The translations under genes were made by a program, and so were the position numbers. Source: an uncultured Collinsella sp. (GTDB lineage Bacteria; Actinomycetota; Coriobacteriia; Coriobacteriales; Coriobacteriaceae). Taken from it: 64,000 nt of DNA. Numbering within the stretch: position 1 is the first letter of the stretch; the number at the start of each line of letters is the position of its first letter. The notes beneath the pieces are model-generated. The model was not told the origin of the DNA and searched no databases. It saw nothing but the letters and a program-made list of their open reading frames with translations. This document shows positions 37,552-45,230 of the stretch, piece after piece. The stretch is from assembly GCA_900540995.1 (NCBI GenBank), contig UQHO01000003.1, positions 2,965-66,964 of the forward strand, read 5' to 3'.

Positions 37552-39362
37552 CCTCCTTGAAATTCTCCAGGCGCTTCGCGCTTAGCCTGCTCGCCTCGCT
37601 GTCCGCCACCGTAGCGCTTGCTTTGCCCTCAACCGCCCTAGCCGCGTCGGACCCGAACCCGCCCAGCATCTCCAACGTGACGATATCCGCGACGACAGTC
37701 ACGGCCGGCTCCACGCTGCATGTCGGCTATAGCGTCGATGATCCTGACGGGGTACGGTCCGTCACGCCCATAGTCGAAGTCCTTGTCGAAAACGATACCG
37801 GAGACCATGGAATCAGTTCCCGTCTCGCCTTCTCGTCGACCGGCAACACGACCGCGGGCTTCGATATCTCCACCTCCCCGAGCGACCGGCCCTGCAGGTA
37901 CCGGATCATCGGCCTCGGCGTGACCGATAGTCTTGGATGGGTTACCGATGTCTACGACACGACGTATGCCGAGGAGAAGGGGCTCGACTGTCCGACCTTC
38001 ACCACCGACCCCCTCGAGTATGAGGTGACCGAGGGACCCGAGGACCAAAACCCGCCGACCGTGTCCTCCGTGTCGCTCTCGAGCAGGGAGGTCGCAACCG
38101 GTGCCGACCTCCACATCTCTTGGACCGTCTCCGATGCCGACGGCGTTCGCTCCGTTTCCCCCATACTGCGGCAGGGCTGGGAGAATTCGGACGACGGCTG
38201 CTCTGTTTCGTCAGCCTATTATCACGGAGGCTCGTCTATCGACGGGTTTGACCTCACATTCGACAGCAATAGGATCGGAAGGCACAGGCTGATCGGCCTT
38301 TCGGTCACCGATGGCCTAGGGTTCGAGACCGATGTGTACGAGAGTTCCTACGCCAGGGCCAACGGCATTTCGGGCGCGACTTTCTCGGTTGGCGACCCGA
38401 GCGAGCTGTGCTTCGAGGTGACCGGCAGCGCGATCGACCGGAACCCGCCCACGGTCTCGAACGTTTCCATCTCCGCGAAGAGGGTCCCCGTCGGCGGGAT
38501 CCTCCGTATCTATTGCAATGTAGGCGACGCGGACGGCGTAAAGTCTGTCTCCCCGATCCTCGGCGACCCCGGCTATGTCGAGGACCCGAACTCTTTAAAG
38601 ACCCGCAAAACGTTGAGCTGCAGCTACGATGCGGCAAGGGGCTATATCGAAATCGAGTTCCCCACGTCGCTCTCGATGGGCTCGTTTGAAATCCAAGCCC
38701 TCGCGGTCCTCGACAAGACGGGCCACGAGACCTTCGTCTACAGCTCCGCCTACGCCGAGCGTAACGGCAAGACCGGCGTTCAGACCTTTGATGTCGACGA
38801 CGCGGGGGACGTCACCTTCGACGTGACCGCTCCGCTGTATGCCGCCACCAAGGGCGACGGGCAGGCGTATGCAAAGGACGGCGAGGCCGGTCTGACCTTC
38901 CGCTTCAGCGGTCCTCTCGATGAGTTCACGCGTCTCCTCGTGGACGGAACTGAGGTCTCCGCCGAGAACTACACCGCAACCAGGGGCAGCACGATTATCG
39001 AGCTCAGGCCGTCCTACCTGGACACGCTCGCCGGCGGCGGACACACCGTCACGGCCGTCTGGAAGGACGGGACGGCGACCGATGCGTCCTTCACCGTGGA
39101 GGGGAAGGCCCAAGGGGAGCAGGCGGGCGGAAAGACCGACGTAGATTCACCCGGCGACAACAAAAGTGATCCTGCCACTCCTGAAAAGGACGCCGACGAG
39201 GCGGCTACAAAAAAGTCGGGACGCACGACAGCCGATGAACCAAAGCTCGCTGCAACCGGCGACTCCACTTGGATGGCCAGCATCGCATTGGCCATGGCGG
39301 CCACGGCCTGCTTCACGGCAGCGAGAAGGCTTGAGCCCAAGCAGCATAGGCACGAACAGTAG
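37548..39362 (+). CDS. Secreted LAxTG-anchored surface protein with three ~131-aa tandem repeats
   Basis: Signal peptide LLASLSATVALALPSTALA, three repeats beginning D(P/Q/R)NPP(S/T)(I/V)S(N/S)V, and a C-terminal LAATG, hydrophobic segment and basic tail. Confidence 0.75.
   Translation: MTSLKFSRRFALSLLASLSATVALALPSTALAASDPNPPSISNVTISATTVTAGSTLHVGYSVDDPDGVRSVTPIVEVLVENDTGDHGISSRLAFSSTGNTTAGFDISTSPSDRPCRYRIIGLGVTDSLGWVTDVYDTTYAEEKGLDCPTFTTDPLEYEVTEGPEDQNPPTVSSVSLSSREVATGADLHISWTVSDADGVRSVSPILRQGWENSDDGCSVSSAYYHGGSSIDGFDLTFDSNRIGRHRLIGLSVTDGLGFETDVYESSYARANGISGATFSVGDPSELCFEVTGSAIDRNPPTVSNVSISAKRVPVGGILRIYCNVGDADGVKSVSPILGDPGYVEDPNSLKTRKTLSCSYDAARGYIEIEFPTSLSMGSFEIQALAVLDKTGHETFVYSSAYAERNGKTGVQTFDVDDAGDVTFDVTAPLYAATKGDGQAYAKDGEAGLTFRFSGPLDEFTRLLVDGTEVSAENYTATRGSTIIELRPSYLDTLAGGGHTVTAVWKDGTATDASFTVEGKAQGEQAGGKTDVDSPGDNKSDPATPEKDADEAATKKSGRTTADEPKLAATGDSTWMASIALAMAATACFTAARRLEPKQHRHEQ
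37647..38830 (+). repeat. Three tandem ~393-nt coding repeats within the surface protein gene
   Basis: Repeat starts are at about 37647, 38043 and 38436. Confidence 0.6.
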
Positions 39363-39544
39363 CTCAAAGCGAACTCAACTGGGAAGGGCAGATGGATAGC
39401 CGTCCTTCTCTTATAATCAACCCAATCCGCTGAAATGCAATCAGTTAACGAGTTTCGCCAGACGCTCGGCCTCTACCCCGCTCTAGCAAGCCACCAGGCG
39501 ATGAGATAATGCCCACGACTATCAACGTAAGCAAGGAGCGCGCT

Positions 39545-40780
39545 ATGGCAGACAACGAGACCAAACCCTCGGCGAACGACGGCCGAGAGGAGCTCGTGGC
39601 AAAACAGCTCGCATCGACCAAAATCCACCTCGCGCTCACTCAGAAGCGGGTGGACGTCTCCGGCGCCATCAAGCTACCGCTCGAGCGAATTCCCCAACTC
39701 GGCGTGGCGTTCGCCTCGCTCCCCTCGATGTTTCGCACCGTCACCAACACGGTGAGCGTGCCCACGCTGCTCCAGGCGACTGACAAATATGGTAACCCGC
39801 TCGATCCGTCGAAACTCAACACGTTCAAGGACGGCAGCGGTCTCACAGGGGGCTACCGCGACGCCGCCAAGGGCCTTGGGCAGGCGCGCTTCCACGTAGT
39901 CGAGGGCGACATCGCCACGAGCGTCACGCAGGTGCCTTACGATCCAACATCGCTATTCATGGCAGCCGCAATCGCGCAGATAAACCAAAAGCTCGACTCC
40001 ATCCAGGAGTCCGTCGACGAAATGTTCGAGTACATGCGTCAGCGCGACAAGGCCAACATGCGTGGCAACCTCAAGACGCTCGCAGACATCCTCAACGGTT
40101 ACGGCCTCAACTACGGCAACGCCACCTACATGGCAAACGCCCATATGAAGGTGCTCGACATCAAGCAGTCGTCCGCGCAGGACATGGAACTCTTCCGCTC
40201 GCAGGCACAGGCGGATCTGAAAAAGAAAGGGTTCATCGAGGTGCGAGACGGCTTGGGCAGACGCCTCGACAAGGTGCTCGACTACCTCAAAGACTGCCAG
40301 CTCGCCACCTACATCCACGCGTTCTCGCTGTTCCTCGAACCCATGCTCGCCCAGAACTTCGAGCCCGCAAAGCTCGCGGACGCCACTGCGAAGATCGAGG
40401 CTGATTCGATCGCGTACCGCGAGCTCTACACCGACTGCTACAACGCACTCGAAGCGGGGGCTGTCGACACCGTCGATGCGGCACTGCTGGGCGGTATCGC
40501 GTCCGCGGGCAAATTGCTCGGTCACGCCATCGCAAAGACCCCCGTGGGTGACCATACACTCATCGACGAGGCGCTCGAAGGCGCAGGAGAGAGCATCGGA
40601 AAGTTCAACGACAAGCAATCCGAGAAACTCCTCGAAAAGCTCCATCAGGCAAAGACGCCCGACGTCACGCCGTTCAAGCAGAGCGTAAAGGAGATCGACA
40701 CCCTCTACAACCGCCCCGCGCAGATCGCCGTGGACGCCGAGAACGTCTACATCTTGCCTGCCAAGCAGCAGGAAGAGTAA
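39545..40780 (+). CDS. Hypothetical protein (411 aa), no recognisable domain
   Basis: ATG with an AAGGAG RBS. It appears soluble with no TM segment and matches no motif I recognise. Confidence 0.55.
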   Translation: MADNETKPSANDGREELVAKQLASTKIHLALTQKRVDVSGAIKLPLERIPQLGVAFASLPSMFRTVTNTVSVPTLLQATDKYGNPLDPSKLNTFKDGSGLTGGYRDAAKGLGQARFHVVEGDIATSVTQVPYDPTSLFMAAAIAQINQKLDSIQESVDEMFEYMRQRDKANMRGNLKTLADILNGYGLNYGNATYMANAHMKVLDIKQSSAQDMELFRSQAQADLKKKGFIEVRDGLGRRLDKVLDYLKDCQLATYIHAFSLFLEPMLAQNFEPAKLADATAKIEADSIAYRELYTDCYNALEAGAVDTVDAALLGGIASAGKLLGHAIAKTPVGDHTLIDEALEGAGESIGKFNDKQSEKLLEKLHQAKTPDVTPFKQSVKEIDTLYNRPAQIAVDAENVYILPAKQQEE

Positions 40781-40790
40781 CGATACGCGA

Positions 40791-40813
40791 CAGGCACGCG
40801 CCATGCAGACAGC
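40791..40813. repeat. 23-bp direct repeat (left copy) flanking the exonuclease gene
   Basis: caggcacgcgccatgcagacagc. Confidence 0.6.
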
Positions 40814-40821
40814 TAACGCCC

Positions 40822-41556
40822 CTACCTTCCCGCCGCCTTCAGCTTCAGCAGCAGGTCGCCCAGCTCGGGGCACTTGCTAGAGAGGCGTGTCTGGGCCCGC
40901 TCGCCCATCCCCCAACGTTGGCGGACTTCTTGGGCGCGCGGACTCACGTGATAGTCCCCGTCCATCACCTGCTTGAGCAGCTTGGCGGTCACGCGCGCAT
41001 CGGCTAGGGCGCTGTGGGCATGGCCCGTCGACTCGTCAAACTCGATGCCGAACCACGTTGCCGCGTCGCCCAACGAGACGCGCCCGTGGCTGCCAACGTC
41101 CATGATCGAGGTGTAAAACGCCTGCAGGTCGGCCCAGTCCGTAGGAAATGTGGAAAGGTCGATGTGCTTTGCCTGGCACTCGGTCAAAAGCTGCCGACGG
41201 TCCGCACCGCTCCAACAGACCACCTGGGCGGAGTAGCGACCGATCCAATCGCTGAGCCTTTTTATCACCATGTAGAGCAGATCGGCCATCGCGGTGTCCA
41301 CGGCCGATATCCCCGTGAGCTCGCGGACGGGATACGCAACGCCTTCGGTAAATTCCGTCTGCACAAACTGCGAGAACTCGCCCATAACGTTGCCGTGGTA
41401 ATCGAGCTTAACGGCGCCGACCTCGATAATCTCATTGCGCAGCCCACGGCGCTGGCGCTGCTTTGGCACCGGCGCAAACTCAAAGTCCAGCACAATCTGG
41501 CGCGCAAAGTTCGTCGTATCGATAGCCGAGATACACGGCGTCTTTTCAGCTGACAC
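40822..41556 (-). CDS. DEDDh-family 3'-5' exonuclease (DnaQ/epsilon-like domain protein)
   Basis: The VLDFEF, EIIEVGAVKL and HSALADA motifs match ExoI, ExoII and ExoIII. Confidence 0.7.
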   Translation of the reverse strand: MSAEKTPCISAIDTTNFARQIVLDFEFAPVPKQRQRRGLRNEIIEVGAVKLDYHGNVMGEFSQFVQTEFTEGVAYPVRELTGISAVDTAMADLLYMVIKRLSDWIGRYSAQVVCWSGADRRQLLTECQAKHIDLSTFPTDWADLQAFYTSIMDVGSHGRVSLGDAATWFGIEFDESTGHAHSALADARVTAKLLKQVMDGDYHVSPRAQEVRQRWGMGERAQTRLSSKCPELGDLLLKLKAAGR

Positions 41557-41663
41557 GGTTAGGGCCTTTCTCCGTTGCTTGCCGCTTGTTACATAAGCGG
41601 CTACATTGCCGTAAGGTTAGGCGCTCGTGCGGACATGAAATCGGAGCGCAATGCCACGCGCGC

Positions 41664-41686
41664 CAGGCACACGCCATGCAGACGGC
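41664..41686. repeat. 23-bp direct repeat (right copy) flanking the exonuclease gene
   Basis: caggcacacgccatgcagacggc, which matches the left copy at 21 of 23 positions. Confidence 0.6.
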
Positions 41687-42013
41687 CCCAAGAGAGTCGC
41701 CCGCTCTATTCAAATGCATGAAAAAGATTTAGGCCCGGTGACTTGAATCAGCGGTCATCCCGGGCCCATCAGAGCTCGTAGAGCTCTTGGTTGCTTTGGT
41801 CTCGCTCTTCACGGCGCTTATCGAACTTTCCGAGGCACTCAAGCAGCATTCGAAGCATAACAAGTCGCTGCCATTAAGGCACTGACCTCTTGACCAAGCA
41901 ACGGCGCTGCCCAGCTATCACCCTTGGGCTGCCGTCAACTTTATTCTATCCGCGAGCATCTGGTTTACCAAATGGATTTTCGGTAAAGGAAGCACGGCAC
42001 GCCCGCAAAACCA

Positions 42014-43309
42014 CTACGCCCCAAGTGCCGCCATGGGAATCACCGCCACGCCGTCGTCGCGTGTGTAGGCAATGCTCCCCTTTCCAACCACGACCGCCAA
42101 AAACGCCGGCGCGGCATTCTGGGCGGCAGGATTGGAGAGCACTTTCCTCTCCAGCGCCTTGAGATTTCTCGCTCCATCGTCTGCTTTCGCATCACTCAGC
42201 TTGACCTCGATGGCTCCCCAGCGCCCGTCGTGCTCAACGATCAGATCGACCTCAAGGCCCTTCTCATCTCGGAAATAATGGACACTGTTGTCGACACCGC
42301 CGTAGGTGGAAAGGAACACGCGCACGTCGCGCAGGACGAGATTCTCAAAGAGCATCCCCAGCGTTTGCATATCGCCAAGCAGCCGCTCAGGGGTAGCCCC
42401 CAGCAACGCCGCCGCAAGTGACGGGTCACAGAAGTAGCGCTTGGGGCGCACGCGAACGCGGGCCTTCGAGCGCATGGGCGGCTCCCATCCGCACAGGTCC
42501 TCGGTCAGCTTGAGCCTGTTGAAGAGGTCCAAGTACGCAGCGATGGTCCTCTCGTCGGGGCCCGCCTCACCGTACGAGGCGTCCTTTACGAGCGTCTTGT
42601 ACGTGACAGCCTGGCTCTCGTTCATGGCAAGAGCTCGCAAAAGGCCGTGTGCAAGCTCGGGCGACATGCCCTCGTCCAGCACGTTGACGTCGAGCACCGA
42701 GTGCACGTACTGGCTTGCCGTCTCTCGCGCAAGATCTTCCGAAAGCCCAAGATTTGCAGGCCAACCGCCCCTGCAGCACCAGCGGGCGACGTCATCCACC
42801 GTGCTCTCGCGACGCTGAGGGGCAAAATCCTCGCCCTTAAAGAGGCTTGCCAGTGACACGAGCGGCTCGCCGTCGCCCGACTCACACAGGGCCATGGGGC
42901 GCATTGACAGACGGGCGATCCTACCCGTGCCGGAATGACGAACATGGCTGCGCTCCTCGCTTTTGAGCGCGGTCGAGCCCGTGAGCAAAAGTGTCCCCCG
43001 TTCGTTGCCGCTCGCGTCCACGAAACGCCGGGCGGCATCCCAAACCTCGGGCACCTCCTGCCATTCATCGACCAGGTGTGGCGCATCGCCGATGAGCGCC
43101 AGGCTTGGGTCGACCTCTGCCGCCGCACGCTGCGCAGGCTCATCGAGCCTGGAGACGCTCGCCGAGCGAGAGAGCGCCGTCCAGGTCTTGCCGCACCATT
43201 TGGGGCCGTTGATCTCCACACAGCCAAACGCCCGCATAAGGGTGTCGAGGCGCTCCTCTATGAGCCGGGGCCTATATCCCTTTTGGGTCAATCTCTTTGG
43301 TGCATCCAT
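42014..43309 (-). CDS. AAA+ ATPase with C-terminal DUF4143-type domain
   Basis: Walker A GPKWCGKT. The length and layout are typical of the COG1373 family. Confidence 0.7.
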   Translation of the reverse strand: MDAPKRLTQKGYRPRLIEERLDTLMRAFGCVEINGPKWCGKTWTALSRSASVSRLDEPAQRAAAEVDPSLALIGDAPHLVDEWQEVPEVWDAARRFVDASGNERGTLLLTGSTALKSEERSHVRHSGTGRIARLSMRPMALCESGDGEPLVSLASLFKGEDFAPQRRESTVDDVARWCCRGGWPANLGLSEDLARETASQYVHSVLDVNVLDEGMSPELAHGLLRALAMNESQAVTYKTLVKDASYGEAGPDERTIAAYLDLFNRLKLTEDLCGWEPPMRSKARVRVRPKRYFCDPSLAAALLGATPERLLGDMQTLGMLFENLVLRDVRVFLSTYGGVDNSVHYFRDEKGLEVDLIVEHDGRWGAIEVKLSDAKADDGARNLKALERKVLSNPAAQNAAPAFLAVVVGKGSIAYTRDDGVAVIPMAALGA

Positions 43310-43343
43310 AGACGGCCGTCCCTCTCTATCACGCGATATGCGA

Positions 43344-43451
43344 AATTACGCCATTCTCAATGCTGATTTTACGCTACTTTCAATGTAGTTTTTACGCCAT
43401 GACAGATGTAGTTTTTACGCCATTTTCATTGAAGGTTTTACGCTTGGCATC
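43344..43451. repeat. Five tandem ~22-bp iteron-like repeats (consensus tAGTTTTTACGCCATnnTCAaTG)
   Basis: Unit starts are at about 43344, 43363, 43386, 43408 and 43431, in the AT-rich intergenic region between the two ATPase genes. Confidence 0.65.
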
Positions 43452-43494
43452 CTTAGCGCGACCCATTCCGAGCATCACATCAGAGCGTGCTTGG

Positions 43495-44886
43495 TTATCT
43501 CCGCTCGCACATCTCGGCAAACGAAATCAGCTTGGCATCTCCCCTGCTCGCCGCAGCTTCCTGACATCCTTGCGTAAAGCCTCGCTTCGAGAAGATCGCA
43601 TAGCTTTTGTGCTGCCGCCTAAAGAGCTCGCTTCGATGCACGAGCTTTTGCAGCACGTCTTCGCCCACCGGTTCACTGCGCCATTTGCATTCCGCAAACA
43701 GCGCAGTGCCCTCGCCATCGTCAACAATCAAGTCGATTTCTTCCTGCGTATGCGTGCGATTATCCGTCCCCCACCAGCGCCCAACGCTTGCCGGAACCAC
43801 ATCAAGCTGGCCCGCCCGCGCGAGTTCGTACACGTATTGTCTGCATATAAGCTCAAAGACCGTACCCATGTAATCCGATACGTGCGGCTCAATGCGCTCA
43901 TACGCCATCTCGGCCATATCGTTTTGAATCAGCCCGATGTTCTGCGGAACAAACTTGTACCAGAACCTAAACATCTGATCGCTCAGCAGATACACGGCTC
44001 GCTTATTGCTCGTCTCGTTTAGGGGCAGCTCGCGCTCGACAATCCCAAGCGACGCCAGCTTATCCACATAGCTCTTTACGTTGCTCGCAGGGATTCCCGT
44101 AGAGCTCGCAATCTCCGAGATCTTCGAGCGCCCCTGGGCAATTGCTTGCACGATCGCATCATATTGCTCGGGATTGCGGCACTCCTGCAATAGCAGGTTA
44201 CTCGGCTCCTCAAAGAGATAGCCCGTAGGAGTAAGAAAAAGACGTTTGATGTTGTCCTTGAGCGGTGCGGCAGGATCGACTTTCTCGATATATGCAGGAA
44301 TGCCACCCGTCATGCCATAGCAAACTGCAGCGTCTTCGCGACCCATGCTCTGCCACAGGCCGAGGGTCGTCATAAAATCGAGCGGCATGATCTTAAACTG
44401 GGCCGTACGCCTACCGTATAGCGGACTCTCGTAGCCCAACACCTGCTCTTCCATAAACGAAAGCGACGACCCGCACAGGATAAGCATAAGCTTGGTCTCT
44501 TTGTACAAGTGATCGATCTTGTCTTGCAGCAACGAGCTGATCTCGGGATTCGATTGGGCGAGATAAGGATACTCGTCGATCACGACAATCAAACGTTCCG
44601 TACGAGCCATGGTAGCCAATGCATCGAACGCCTCGTCAAAACTACGAAACGACACGCCAGCAACACCAACGGAGCCCGCAAGTATCGCCTGGCTAAAGCC
44701 ATGCAGGTTTGCCTCTGCATTGGTGCGACGAGCTTGAAAGTAAATAGCCTTCTTGCCTTGGATAAACTCTGTGATAAGACGCGTTTTGCCCACGCGACGG
44801 CGGCCGTAAATCACAGGCATCTCAAAGGAGCCCGTGCCATACAGTCGATTGAGCTCGGACATTTCCGCCGTTCTTCCGATAAACAT
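43495..44886 (-). CDS. ATP-binding protein (archaeal-type ATPase with DUF234)
   Basis: Walker A GRRRVGKT. The 463-aa architecture is typical of the PF01637 and DUF234 combination. Confidence 0.7.
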   Translation of the reverse strand: MFIGRTAEMSELNRLYGTGSFEMPVIYGRRRVGKTRLITEFIQGKKAIYFQARRTNAEANLHGFSQAILAGSVGVAGVSFRSFDEAFDALATMARTERLIVVIDEYPYLAQSNPEISSLLQDKIDHLYKETKLMLILCGSSLSFMEEQVLGYESPLYGRRTAQFKIMPLDFMTTLGLWQSMGREDAAVCYGMTGGIPAYIEKVDPAAPLKDNIKRLFLTPTGYLFEEPSNLLLQECRNPEQYDAIVQAIAQGRSKISEIASSTGIPASNVKSYVDKLASLGIVERELPLNETSNKRAVYLLSDQMFRFWYKFVPQNIGLIQNDMAEMAYERIEPHVSDYMGTVFELICRQYVYELARAGQLDVVPASVGRWWGTDNRTHTQEEIDLIVDDGEGTALFAECKWRSEPVGEDVLQKLVHRSELFRRQHKSYAIFSKRGFTQGCQEAAASRGDAKLISFAEMCERR

Positions 44887-44901
44887 AGGGCCATCCTTCC
44901 T

Positions 44902-44957
44902 TTACGTTATAGCTAGCTATATTATACTTTCCTATAATATAGCTAGCTATAACGTAA
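44902..44957. repeat. Perfect AT-rich palindrome (25-bp arms, 6-bp spacer)
   Basis: ttacgttatagctagctatattata-ctttcc-tataatatagctagctataacgtaa, just upstream of the DUF234 ATPase start. Confidence 0.8.
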
Positions 44958-45010
44958 TTCGACAAGCGGCGCACGCAAAAGGGTCGGTACACCACCGCAC
45001 GTGGACCGTT

Positions 45011-45129
45011 CCGGAAAATGTATCCCGTTCTGGAGCCAAAAACTGGGCCGTAGTTTCCGCCAAACATGCCATCCGGAAAGCGTGTCCCGTTCTGAGCGCC
45101 AAATCCGGGACGCAGTTTCCACTCCAAAC
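45011..45129. repeat. Two tandem ~58-bp direct repeats (~75% identity)
   Basis: ccggaaaatgtatcccgttctggagccaaaaactgggccgtagtttccgccaaac, then ccggaaagcgtgtcccgttctgagcgccaaatccgggacgcagtttccactccaaac. Confidence 0.55.
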
Positions 45130-45230
45130 AAAGGGCCCCGGCTCGCGATGGAGCCGGGGCCAAAGGCGCAGCGTATGTAGTTGATGTTGAGCGCGAACAG
45201 CTCGTCAGCAATGGCCGTCCGCGCCCTACC

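Noticed and set aside
45011-45129. Possible CRISPR array (repeat units starting gtttcc...).
   Set aside because: There are only two diverged ~58-bp units with no regular repeat-spacer structure, and no cas genes are in the window.
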